From positions 960,001 through 1,024,000 of the forward strand of contig CAWJPJ010000006.1 of assembly GCA_963844715.1 (NCBI GenBank): a DNA stretch of 64,000 bases, in the 5' to 3' direction. Positions 43,709 through 54,125 of this stretch are shown piece by piece. The notes beneath the pieces were generated by a model that saw only the letters and a program-made list of their open reading frames with translations, ran no database searches and had not been told where the DNA came from. This DNA is from an uncultured Phycisphaerales bacterium. Its GTDB lineage: Bacteria; Planctomycetota; Phycisphaerae; Tepidisphaerales; Tepidisphaeraceae. How positions within the stretch are numbered: the first letter of the stretch is position 1; every line of letters begins with the position of its first letter. The position numbers and the translations under genes are program-made.

Positions 43709-44865
43709 TCATTGACTGAGACATTCCCCCAGGGCATCCACCACGGCATTCTGCTGCTGAAGCGTCATCTCCGCAAAGAGTGGCAAACTGACGCACTGAT
43801 CGCCGATCCGCTCCGAAACAGGGAAATCCCCCTTCTTATAACCGAGGCTCTGATACGCCTCCTGTAAATGCAGCGGGACGGGATAGTGCAGCCCGGTGTG
43901 AACCCGCATCGATTCAAGCTTGCCTCGCAATTCATCGCGCTTCGGGTGCTGGATGACGAAAAGATGCCAAACATGCTTCCGATCCGGCACGGCCGTGGGG
44001 AGCTGAATCGGCAGCCCCGCCAGCAGCGACAGATACCGCTCGGCAAACCCGCAGCGCGTCTCCGTCCATCGATCCAGATGTTTGAGTTTCACGCCCAGAA
44101 CCGCCCCCTGAATGCCGTCCATGCGATAGTTGTATCCGATTTCCGCGTGATGATATCGCTGCCGCTGCGCATGATCGCGCAAGGCCCGCATGCGAGCCGC
44201 CACGGCGTCCTCGTTGGTGACGATCGCGCCCGCCTCGCCGAACGCCCCGAGATTCTTTCCCGGATAAAAGCTGAAGCATCCCGCCAAACCGGAATTCCCC
44301 ACGCCCTGGCCCCGATATTTGGCGCCATGCGCCGGGCGCAGTCTTCGATCAGCGGAATCCCCCGCCGGCGCGAAATCTCCATCAGCCCTTCCATGTCCGC
44401 CGGCTGACCGTACAGATGCACCGGAAGAATCGCCTTGGTGCGCGGCGTGATCGCCTTTTCCACCAGGGCCGGATCGATCGTGCACGTTCCCGGCTCGACA
44501 TCCACAAACACCGGCCTCGCGCCGCAGTAACTGATCGCCCAGCTCGTGGCGATAAACGTCATCGGCACCGTAATCACTTCGTCCCCGTAACCCACACCCG
44601 CGCAGATCAGCGCCAGATGCAGCGCGGACGTTCCCGAATTCACCCCAATGCAATGTTTCGAGCCGCAGTAGCGCGCAAACTCCTCCTCGAACGCCGCCGT
44701 CTTCGGCCCGAGGATGAAGCTGGCGTTTTCCAGCACCTCCCCGATCTCTTCCATCACCTGGGGAGCGATGCGCTGGTACTGCGTGCGCAGATCGGACAGC
44801 GGAACTTCGATGCGCTGGGCATCGGTTTTAGTCGCCGAATGTTTGACTTTGTCGGTGCTGATCAT
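43709..44865 (-). CDS. DegT-family aminotransferase, WbpE-like (indel ~44334)
   Basis: SGTSALHLAL, VHLYGQ, SFYPGKNLGAFGEAG, GYNYRMD. Confidence 0.92.
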
Positions 44866-44894
44866 AAAAACTGGTCTCCTACCCTTGGGTGGCT

Positions 44895-45407
44895 TTATCT
44901 CTTTCTCATGAAGCGCGCGGGACAACCGGCAACGACGGTATGCGGCTCCACATCGTGGGTAACCACGGCGCCGGCGCCGATCAAAGCCCCCTCCCCGATG
45001 GTGATTCCCCCCATAACAACCGCGCCGGAGCCAATTGAAGCGCCCCGGCACACGCGGGTTGGAATGCACTTCCAATCCGCTTCGCTCTGTAATTTTCCGT
45101 CTGTGGTCGCGCGGGGTCCAGGTCGTTGATGAACATCACGCCGTGACCGACGAACACTTCATCCTCGATCGTCACCCCTTCGCAAACGAACGTGTGGCTC
45201 GAAATCTTGCAGCGCTGCGCCAATCACCGCGTTTTTCTGAATCTCCACGAACGACCCGATGCGCGAATCGTCGCCGATGCGGCAGCCATACAAATTGACG
45301 AAGGAATATATCCCGACGTTCCGTCCTAGCTGAACATCAGGCGCGATGCGCAGAAAATTCGCCGGATCGGATCGAGGATGCCGCGGCTTTGCCGTTGCGG
45401 TTTCCAT
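44895..45407 (-). CDS. Hexapeptide N-acetyltransferase, WbpD/FdtC-like (two indels)
   Basis: NLYGCRIGD, CKISSHTFVCEGVTIED, FIND, GAGAVVTHDV..GCPA. Confidence 0.88.
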
Positions 45408-46448
45408 GGTTCTGATATCCCGAAAGCACGATTCGCCCGCCCTGACTCTTCAGGCTGCGATTGGCGGATTCGAGCATTTCGACGACCCGCAGGCCGAGCA
45501 GCCCGTCACTGATCGGCGTATGCCCGCCGCGGATGCAGTGGGCAAAATGCGCTGCCATTCCCTGCAACGCCTCGCTCGGCTCGATGTGCGGGCTCAGGCA
45601 ATCGCCGCTGCGATACTGGATCAGCATCTTCCGCCGATCCTCGTCGCGAATGGCGCCCTGCTCGGGAAGCTCGATCCCGCGGTCGTATACTTTCACCGGC
45701 TCGGTGCTGTTCAACTCGTTGAAGATGACGCTCTTCCGGCTGCCGGCGAAGATCATCTGCCGCACTTTTACCGGCGAGAGCCAGTTCACGTGGAAGCTCG
45801 CCAGCAACCGCTCGCCGAAGTCAACGTTGACGTAGGCGATGTCCTCGATCCCCGAATCGGTATGGCGCATCCGCATGCCGAGATGCTGCGCGCCTCCAAT
45901 CCGAGGACGTAATCCACGATCGACAGATCGTGCGGAACAAGGTCCCAGACCACGTTAATATCGTGCTGAAACAACCCGAGGTTTATTCGGACGCTATCCA
46001 CATAATAAATTTCGCCCAGCTCGCCCGAGTCCACGATCTGCCGAATCTTGCGGATCGCGGGGTTGAATAAATAGGTATGGTCCACCATCAGGACCCTGCC
46101 GGCCTTGGCCGCGATTTCGTTCAGGGCCTTGGCTTCCGCCACCGTCGCGGCCAGGGGCTTTTCAACCAGCACGTGCTTGCCCGCCTCCAGGCAGCGTTTG
46201 GCAAGCTCAAAATGCGTCGAAACGGGCGTGGCGATCGCCACGGCGTCCATGGGGTGCTGCAAAAATTCATCCACCGTTTTGGTGAGCTTCAAATGCGAAT
46301 ATTGCCGTCCGATTTTCGCCAGCCGCTCGGCATTGGCGTCGCAAACCGCGACCGCTTCCGTCGCCGCGCATGTCGAGAAGTTACGAATTAAATTCGGACC
46401 CCAATACCCGGCCCCGATTACCCCTATCCTCAATCTCTCATCGCTCAT
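45337..46448 (-). CDS. Gfo/Idh/MocA NDP-sugar dehydrogenase, WbpB/WlbA-like (indel ~45863)
   Basis: GAGYWGPNL, HVLVEKP, WDLVPHD, WLSPVKVR. Confidence 0.88.
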
Positions 46449-46471
46449 GACAACTTCTCCCGTCCTGTAAT

Positions 46472-47381
46472 TCAGATCTCGTCCGCAAACCGATCTTCAA
46501 TTCGTTGGAAATAGAGACATCCAATTAAAAGCAGGCAAAGTCCAAGCGCCGCGGCAGGCAGCGCGGCCGCCCAGGATATCGGACCGCCCACGCACGCCGC
46601 CCGAAACGCGCTGATCAGCCCGTTCATCGGGTTCAACGCAAGCAGCCATCCATAGTGCCCGAGTTTCGCCTGATCGACGTGCAAATAAACGCTCGGCGTC
46701 GCGAACATTCCGAATTGCAGCGCAAACTGCAGGCAGTATTTCACGTCGCGATAGCGAACCGTCAACGCCGCCGTAAACGTGCCGATGCCCGCCGCCGTCG
46801 CCGCGATCGCCAGCAGGAACAGCGGAGCCAGCACAATCTGCCCGCCGCCCCAGATCCCGTAATGGATCATCAGCAGACCCATCAAACCCATCGCCACGCA
46901 AAAATCGACCAGCGCCGTACTGATCGACGCGAGCGGAATCAGCAATCGCGGAAAATAGATCTTGGTGACCAAACGCTCCGAAGAAACGACGCTGTTCCCC
47001 GCGCTGTTGACCGCGGTGGAAAAGAACTGCCACGGCAACAACCCCGAATAAAAGAATAGCGCCGGCGGCAATTTCCCCGTGCTCGTTCCACCGATCTTCC
47101 AAAAGAAGACGGAGAACGCGAGCATCATCATCACCGGCTGCAGGATCGCCCACGCCGCGCCGAACACCGTCTGCTTATACGCGCACCTTCACGTCCCGCC
47201 AGGCGAGGAACATCAGCAGTTCGCGGCAGCGCCATACTTCCAGCAGCCGCGAGACCCGCCACCCGCTGGCGGGAACCAGGCGGAGGACTTCCCCCGTCTC
47301 CGCGCTCCGGGAGATCGGCGCGATCTCCGATGCCGGCGACGGCGCGGTGACGGTCATCGAATCGAGTTCGGCGGTTTCCAT
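46472..47381 (-). CDS. wzm: Polysaccharide ABC exporter permease (indel 47180)
   Basis: RELL..LAWRDVKVRYKQTVFGAAWAILQP, KIYFPR, RYRD, LNPM, FADEI. Confidence 0.92.
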
Positions 47382-47405
47382 TTGAATACTCCAGGTCGAT
47401 AACGA

Positions 47406-48263
47406 TCAGCTACCCGTCGCACGCAATTCGATCGTGTCGTCGTCGAGCAACTCGATATCCTCATGTTCACGTTCGGCAGCGACACCGTGAGACTTGACCA
47501 GGAGCTTGCCCGTCGCCTTCAGCGTGGCGCCGGCAATATAGAAGCAGGTTCCCAGGATGATCCGCAGATCGAGCCAGGGGCTGACCTCACGGACGTAATA
47601 AAGGTCATACATTAACTTGCGGCGGACATGGTCCAGGTCCAGATCCGCAGGATGCTGGATCTGCGCGAACCCCGTCACGCCCGGCCGAACTTCCAATCGC
47701 TCGTTGTAGCGCGGAAGCCGGCGAAGGATGTCCTTCACCAGTTGCGGCCGCTCCGGCCGCGGGCCGATCAGGCTCATCTCGCAACGCAGCACGTTCACGA
47801 GCTGCGGCAGTTCGTCCAAATGCGTATCGCGGAGGAATCGCCCCACGCGCGTCACGCGCGAGTCGTTCGGCCCCGACCAGACCGCCCCGGTCGCCGCCTC
47901 GGCGTTATGCGACATGGTTCGAATCTTGTACATGTTGAACGGTTTTCCGAACCGCCCCAGGCGCGTCTGCCGATACAGCGCCGGTCCCGGCGAAGTGAGG
48001 CGTACCAGAATCAGCATCACCGCCATCAGCGGCGCCAGCGTGAAGAACAGCACCAGCGCGATCGTCCAATCCACCGCCATTTTCGCGGGGATATACCAGA
48101 CCCGGGCCGGCCGAACCGGCTCCACGATCTCAGGACGGGAATTCCCCTTGACCGGAGACCGAGAAGACTCGTCTCCGACCCGTAAAACCGCTTCGTTTGC
48201 CGAAGCTACGGAACCCACGTCCGCGGCCAAACTGCTTTCGCTTAACATGTGTGCATCTCCCAC
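47406..48263 (-). CDS. Priming sugar-phosphate transferase (Bac_transf)
   Basis: SPGPALYRQ.R.G, YKIRTM, LDELPQL.NV...EMSLIGPRPERP, PGVTGFAQ, DLYY. Confidence 0.92.
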   Translation of the reverse strand: MGDAHMLSESSLAADVGSVASANEAVLRVGDESSRSPVKGNSRPEIVEPVRPARVWYIPAKMAVDWTIALVLFFTLAPLMAVMLILVRLTSPGPALYRQTRLGRFGKPFNMYKIRTMSHNAEAATGAVWSGPNDSRVTRVGRFLRDTHLDELPQLVNVLRCEMSLIGPRPERPQLVKDILRRLPRYNERLEVRPGVTGFAQIQHPADLDLDHVRRKLMYDLYYVREVSPWLDLRIILGTCFYIAGATLKATGKLLVKSHGVAAEREHEDIELLDDDTIELRATGS

Positions 48264-48268
48264 TCTCT

Positions 48269-48292
48269 AAAAGGTCCCCCCATCGGGGACCT
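48269..48292 (-). terminator. Intra-operon terminator-like hairpin
   Basis: Minus strand AGGTCCCC-gatgg-GGGGACCT followed by TTT, between wzc and the sugar transferase. Confidence 0.45.
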
Positions 48293-48364
48293 CGTGTCTC
48301 GGTTGGAGCCTCCGGGTCACCAACCGAAACACGAAACGTCTGTTACAAGCGGTCTGAAAACGTC

Positions 48365-50518
48365 TCAGGCCGCGCTTTGTTCTTGTTCGGGCAGCGAGGA
48401 CATGACCGACTCCACCAACGGCCCGAATCGCAACAGCCCGTCCGCGTCATCGTTGACCGGGCGGACCAGAAGATCGCGCGAGGACATGGGTCGAACCGAG
48501 CTGCCGTACGTCGACCGATGGAAATCCTTGTGCTTGGCGCGATTGAAAACAAAACCTTCGATTCGAGCGCCGATGGTTCGTAAGTAATGTGAAGTCTTTT
48601 CGACCAGTGCCGACTCTTGCCCGCGGGTAACCGTGACGATCACTCCGTCAACTTCCGGAGCGACCGTCGCCGCCTCGACGCTGCCCAGGATCGGGCCGCT
48701 GTCGATGAGCACCACGTCGAAATCCTGACGCAAACTCTGCAAAAACCGTCGAATGGACAGATGTGAAACTTTGCTTGCATAAAGAGCGTTCACGCGCCCG
48801 GCGGGAAGGAACCAGATGCCGGCGCGAGTCCGGCGGACGAACCGAAGCGGATCGCCGCCGTTCAGAGATTCGAAGAGCCCCAGTTCATCGCTCGCCCCCA
48901 GGCCGCGCGTCAGAGCCCGCCCCACCATATCAAAGTCAACCACCAGCGTGCGCGACCCCGAGGCCGCGAACGATAGCCCCAATGCCATCGTCAAACTGGT
49001 CTTGCCTTCTCCCGAGCACGAACTGGTGAGCAAATAATTTCGTGATTCGCCGCGCGCCGCCACCTGAAGCATGACCCGCATCTGGTGCACGCACTGCGCC
49101 GCCCCGGCCGCAACTTCCGGATCCTCCAGCCGCATCGGTAGCGCCGGCAAAATTCCCAAAAGCCCCGCCTGGCCCGCGATATCAACTTCCGCTTCGTCCG
49201 AATATCGATGACGCGGGCGAACGAGGCTCAAGAGCACCAACAGAGCCGTCGGAAGCGCGGCGCCGAAAATCGCGCCGGCGGCCGCGAACATCTTGCGCCG
49301 ATCGCGGAATGCTTGAAGCGGAACGTCTCCGTCGCTGATGATTTCGAGACGCGACTCGGCCGATTCCAGCTTCAAAGCCTCCGTGCGCTCGGTGGTTTCC
49401 GCCAATTCCTTGCGAACCGCCGCGGCGTCCGATTCCAGACGCTCCAATTTCAATTTCAACGCGTCATCCGAGAGAATTTCCTGGGTCTGAGTCGGCGCCG
49501 AGGGATCGCTCGAAGTGCTGTCCGGCTCGCCCGACGTCAAACCCGGCCCGCCCGCCATACCCACCGATCCGCTGAGGTCCGACGGCCCGCCGCCGGCGAC
49601 CCCGCGCAACTCACTGCACTCCTCCTGCAACTGGGCGATGATCCGTTTCAGCCGGTCCAGAGAAAACTTCACTTCCTGAACCTTCGGATGCGCCTCCATG
49701 TACCCTTCCTGGCGCAACTCATCGAGCGCGTCTTCCAGACGCGATTGCTGAACCATGTCGTCGTGCAACATCTGCTCCGCGACGCCCAGGCGATCCGAGA
49801 CCAGCAGCTTTCGCTGATCCATGTTGCTCGTCGTCGCCGAGTCGGTCAGCAGAAGCTTGTCCGCCGACGACTGAATGTCGTCGAGGCGCGACTGCAACTC
49901 GCCCGCATGCGCGTCCAGAACGGCCATGCGCGTCTCAAGCATCTTGCGATCTTCCGCGTCATATTCAGTATGGAACGCCTTCACGACCGCCTGCACGACG
50001 CTCGCCGCAGAGAGCGGATCCGTGTCGATATAAGTCACTCGCAGATGCTCATCGCCGGGGGCGTGCGTGACATCCAGATTACTGGCAACGTCCAATAATT
50101 CGTCCGACGAAACCTCCTGCCCGCCGTTGAGACTTGTCAGCGCCGCTTCAAGCACCGAGCGGCTGCTCATTCGCAGCGCTTCGGTTCGCATGTACGATTC
50201 GAACATCGCCATCGGCGCGTTCTGATCCGTTTCACTGATAATCGGGGGAAGCTGATAGGCGATCCGCACCAGCGCTTCGCTCTTGAACAGCGGCTTCTCG
50301 TAGAAATACCCCACCGCCGCGAAAACAACCGCGCAGATAATGCTGATGGTGATCACCCAACCCATTCGCCCTCGCAGCGAACGGCGAAGGACAAGCATCG
50401 GATCAAACTGCGGATCGTCTGCTTCCGGCGCCGCCGCCGCGGGACGCGCGTGCATCGGCATATCGATGACGCGATCCCGGCTGGGGACCATTGCATTTGG
50501 ATTGGGAAGCTCTCGCAT
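48365..50518 (-). CDS. wzc: Wzc-like polysaccharide co-polymerase / BY-kinase
   Basis: Two TMs flanking a coiled-coil region; Walker A SSCSGEGKT, A' VDFD, B VVLIDSGP. Confidence 0.85.
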   Translation of the reverse strand: MRELPNPNAMVPSRDRVIDMPMHARPAAAAPEADDPQFDPMLVLRRSLRGRMGWVITISIICAVVFAAVGYFYEKPLFKSEALVRIAYQLPPIISETDQNAPMAMFESYMRTEALRMSSRSVLEAALTSLNGGQEVSSDELLDVASNLDVTHAPGDEHLRVTYIDTDPLSAASVVQAVVKAFHTEYDAEDRKMLETRMAVLDAHAGELQSRLDDIQSSADKLLLTDSATTSNMDQRKLLVSDRLGVAEQMLHDDMVQQSRLEDALDELRQEGYMEAHPKVQEVKFSLDRLKRIIAQLQEECSELRGVAGGGPSDLSGSVGMAGGPGLTSGEPDSTSSDPSAPTQTQEILSDDALKLKLERLESDAAAVRKELAETTERTEALKLESAESRLEIISDGDVPLQAFRDRRKMFAAAGAIFGAALPTALLVLLSLVRPRHRYSDEAEVDIAGQAGLLGILPALPMRLEDPEVAAGAAQCVHQMRVMLQVAARGESRNYLLTSSCSGEGKTSLTMALGLSFAASGSRTLVVDFDMVGRALTRGLGASDELGLFESLNGGDPLRFVRRTRAGIWFLPAGRVNALYASKVSHLSIRRFLQSLRQDFDVVLIDSGPILGSVEAATVAPEVDGVIVTVTRGQESALVEKTSHYLRTIGARIEGFVFNRAKHKDFHRSTYGSSVRPMSSRDLLVRPVNDDADGLLRFGPLVESVMSSLPEQEQSAA

Positions 50519-50741
50519 TTCTTCTCACCCACTCAGCAGCACGATCAGCGATCGCGCTGACAATATAATACCCGACTCCAAGCCACTCGGTTGCAGCGAA
50601 TTGTTGCAGTTTTGCTCAACTCGCCACGCTACTTGTTTTATCTAGGCTCCGCCCCCTTCGACTGCACGCCAAATTACCTGCGCAGTCTATCTCCTACATC
50701 TTGCCCAGTTATACGATCGGTTCGCTGCGAGAACGGCCCTG

Positions 50742-51320
50742 TCACACCGGGTCAAGAAGCGCGGCATCTATCTCCAGTCCGACCGCTCGGGCCAACATCT
50801 CCACCTGAAGGATCAGGCGATCGGCACGAGTGCGACTTTCAATGACGCCTTGCAACCCGCGGAACGGGCCAGACCTGACTTCCACCCGCGTCCCTTCCCT
50901 GAGGAAGGGGTGCGGGGCAAGTTCCGCATCGCAACTTAACGCGGTGCGGATATTCTCCAGCTCCCACTCGATCTGTTTCTGGTTCGACACTTTAATTATG
51001 CTCACCACTCGCTTGGTCCGATCGGCGAGGTACGCATCGTCGAGCGATCCAAGCAAAAACACGTATCCAGGAAACAGCGGTAATTCCAAATTCGATTTTC
51101 GTCTGCCGTAATATCGAGTCTGTCGCATGAGCGGCAGATAGTTCACGATGCCCATTGCTGTTAAATCGTCAGACAGCTGCTTTTCTTGCCTGCTCTTTAC
51201 ATAGAGCAGGTGCCACAGCGCCCCGGCTTTTGACCGGCCTGAAAGCCGTAGCTTCCGCGCTGAAGCGCAACGTCCGCTGTCTGTGAAAACATCTCCATCC
51301 CATCCTGAGCACCGCTGCAC
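50742..51320 (-). CDS. UpxY/RfaH/LoaP-type NusG paralogue (operon antiterminator); start uncertain
   Basis: WHLLYVKSRQEK, NYLP, PLFPGYVF (NGN domain) and KOW GTRVEVRSGPFRGLQG; first gene of the polysaccharide operon. Confidence 0.88.
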   Translation of the reverse strand: MQRCSGWDGDVFTDSGRCASARKLRLSGRSKAGALWHLLYVKSRQEKQLSDDLTAMGIVNYLPLMRQTRYYGRRKSNLELPLFPGYVFLLGSLDDAYLADRTKRVVSIIKVSNQKQIEWELENIRTALSCDAELAPHPFLREGTRVEVRSGPFRGLQGVIESRTRADRLILQVEMLARAVGLEIDAALLDPV

Positions 51321-51853
51321 CGATCGACCCCCAAATTATGATCGCTGACAGCTCAGATATCGCGGCATGCTCCTTTGCCAACTGAACGCTCCTGTGACTG
51401 ACCATCTGGCAGACTAGAAATGATTCCTTCCGAACCCTAACCCACGTTGGTCCACGTACGATATTGATACACCAATTCCGGGTGACTGTCTATACCATTT
51501 TCACGCGGGAGATTATCGAACCTTACGCGTTCTGCCAAGCGGTCTCATCACCCGTGTCCAGTAATTTCTTGGACAACAAACCGCAGTCCGGGTTTGTAGC
51601 AGCCCCTTTTTCGTTTATGCCGTTGGGAGCGGATATGTCTAGCCAACTCAATTCGATCGTGATTCGCACCGCCTGGGATAGTTGGGGAATCAAAACTGCC
51701 GTTGCAAACTTTGCAGTATGGGAGGACGCCGACGCCGGGCTGTGGAAGGTACTTTGCCGGCATACTATTTCCTTCGTCACTTGCCCTGCCGAATAAATCC
51801 GCTACCTTCGCCGGACTTTAACGCACTACTAAACAAATAACTGGAGATTCTCG

Positions 51854-53021
51854 ATGTCGCTGATCGCCCCACATGGTGGAAAACTCGTTGACCGCATTCT
51901 GCCCGCCGCCGCCCGCGCCCAGGCCGAGAAGGAAGCCGCATCCCTGCCAAGCCTCACTTTGTCTGTACGCGAACAATTCGATCTGGAAATGATTTCCATC
52001 GGTGCATTCTCACCCCTTGAAGGATTTATGGGCTCTGCGGACTTTGAGTCCGTCTGCGCAAAGATGCGCCTGGTCAACGGAACCGTTTGGCCCATCCCCG
52101 TCGTTCTCTGCCCGCCGGCAGATGAGGCGCAAAAGATAAGCGCTGGTCAAAAAGCTGGCGCTCCGCGATTCCAAGGGCCGCCTCCTCGCCCTCCTCCACG
52201 TCCAGGAGAAATTTCCACACAATAAAGATTTGGAAATCCCCAACGTCTATCGTACGACGGATGAAGCGCATCCCGGCGTCGCGATCGTGAAGAAGCAGTC
52301 CGACATCTGCCTCGCCGGACCCATCGACGTGATCGCTCCGACCTACGAGCCGGAGTTTGCTGACTATCGTCTCCCCCCCGCCCAGACGCGCCAGGCCTTC
52401 GCGCAGCGCGGCTGGAGCACCGTCGCCGCTTTTCAAACTCGAAATCCCATTCACCGCTCCCACGAATATCTCACCAAATGCGCCCTCGAAATGACCGACG
52501 GCTTGCTCATTCATCCCCTCGTCGGCGAAACCAAGTCCGACGATATCCCCGCCGCCGTCCGCATGGATTGTTACAAAACGCTCATCGACGGCTATTACAA
52601 TAAAGACCGAACGATGCTCACGGTCATGCCCCTGGCCATGCGCTATGCCGGCCCGCGCGAAGCCGTCTTGCATTCCCTGATCCGCAAGAACTACGGCGTC
52701 ACCCACTTCATCGTCGGCCGAGATCACGCCGGCGTCGGAAACTATTACGGCACCTACGACGCACAAAAGATCTTCGACCAGTTCGACATGCCTCGCGATA
52801 TCGGCGTGACGATCCTCAAATTTGAGCACACCGCCTGGTGCAAAGCTTGCGCGGCGGTCGTCTCCCCAAAAACCTGCCCGCACGGCCCCGATCAGAAAAT
52901 CGCCCCCAGCGGAACCAAAGTCAGGGAGATGCTCAAAGCCGGCCAGCGTCCCCCGCCAGAATTCGCCCGCCCGGAAATCGCCGATATCCTGATCAAATGG
53001 GCCCAGTCCGCCAATAGTTAG
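51854..53021 (+). CDS. sat: Sulfate adenylyltransferase (indel ~52150)
   Basis: PHGG, GAFSPLEGFM, FQTRNPIHRSHE, MRYAGPREA, GRDHAG, SGTKVR. Confidence 0.95.
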
Positions 53022-53069
53022 CGGGCGAGCGCAGCTCGGCGTTCGCTGCGGCGCAAAAATCGTTTTACG

Positions 53070-53098
53070 TTCACGGAATTCGCGCTCTCTGGTATAGT
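53070..53098 (+). promoter_or_regulatory. Sigma70-type promoter
   Basis: TTCACG-17 nt-TATAGT with extended TG, 12 nt before ATG 53111. Confidence 0.5.
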
Positions 53099-53110
53099 CG
53101 CCCGCCACGT

Positions 53111-53650
53111 ATGAGCGGACCGATCTACTACCAGCCCAGCCCGCCCCCAAGCCGTCAAAGCTGGGCAGGCGTGCTGGTTCTCGCCTGCCTCGCCATAGGT
53201 CTTCTCGCCGCCATGCTGGAAATGGAGCGCGCCCGAGCCAATTCCGAGCGCGATTACGCCAGAGTCACCTCGACCACGTACGTCCTGCAACAAGCCCGGC
53301 TCGAGGATCTCGGGAAAAATCTTGCTGACGGAAATACCCGCATCGTTCATCTCCAATCGTCGGGAATCGCGCAATCCGCCGGCGCCGCCCTGGCCCTGAA
53401 CCAGAACCTGCATTGGGGAGCGCTATTCTACGACGGCCTGGCACCCCTGGACGGCGCAAAACCTTACGAAATCTGGGCCATCGGCGCCGGCGGAGCCGCC
53501 ACCGAACTGTCCGCCGTCGCCCCTGAATCGGGCGTCAGCGTCTACCCCTTCTCCTGGACCGGCGACCCCGGCCCCATCGGGCGGATCGAAATTAATTCCG
53601 GAGATCGCGCCGCCGGGGCTGCCTTGATATTCAACGGCTCGCTACAATAG
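53111..53650 (+). CDS. RskA-like anti-sigma C-terminal domain membrane protein
   Basis: One TM, then GL.PL..KPYEIWAI segment typical of RskA domains. Confidence 0.6.
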   Translation: MSGPIYYQPSPPPSRQSWAGVLVLACLAIGLLAAMLEMERARANSERDYARVTSTTYVLQQARLEDLGKNLADGNTRIVHLQSSGIAQSAGAALALNQNLHWGALFYDGLAPLDGAKPYEIWAIGAGGAATELSAVAPESGVSVYPFSWTGDPGPIGRIEINSGDRAAGAALIFNGSLQ

Positions 53651-53672
53651 AACTAACCAACCCGAGGCTTTT

Positions 53673-54125
53673 ATGGTCGTTGCCACCTTTACCGAAAAGC
53701 CGTACAAGAATCCGGCGGTCCCCGCCAATAAATTGCCCGATCCGATTTATTCCCGGGGTTATTACAGTTTCTATCCGACCGAAACCTGGACGCCTAACGT
53801 CAATCTGTATGAAACCGACGGGTGCTACGTCGTGTGCGTGGACCTGGCGGGCGTGGAAAAGCAAAAGATTGACTTGGAAGTCAACGACGGTCATCTGGTC
53901 CTGCGCGGAAAGCGATCGGTACCGATCCCCGCCGACCCGGCCGCGCCTTCCGACGCCTCCCAGCCGCGCGTGCGCGTCCACCTGATGGAGATCGATCACG
54001 GCGCGTTCGCACGCGACGTCGATCTACCCAAGGACGTCCTTCACGATAAAATTACCGCCCGACACGAGAATGGGCTGCTTTGGATCGAATTGCCCAAAAA
54101 TAAATCCCACCGCAGACATGGCTGA
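53673..54125 (+). CDS. Hsp20/alpha-crystallin small heat-shock protein
   Basis: WTPNVNLYE, DLAGV, LRGKR, EI..GAF.R.V.LP, A..ENGLL.IELPK. Confidence 0.92.
   Translation: MVVATFTEKPYKNPAVPANKLPDPIYSRGYYSFYPTETWTPNVNLYETDGCYVVCVDLAGVEKQKIDLEVNDGHLVLRGKRSVPIPADPAAPSDASQPRVRVHLMEIDHGAFARDVDLPKDVLHDKITARHENGLLWIELPKNKSHRRHG

Noticed and set aside
50624..50636. ops element for the NusG paralogue
   Set aside because: Only GTAGCGTG matches on the minus strand, the GGCG half is absent, and it lies downstream of the antiterminator gene.
51854..53021. sat as evidence for a sulfated polysaccharide
   Set aside because: It is divergent from the operon, and no APS kinase or sulfotransferase is recognisable in the window.
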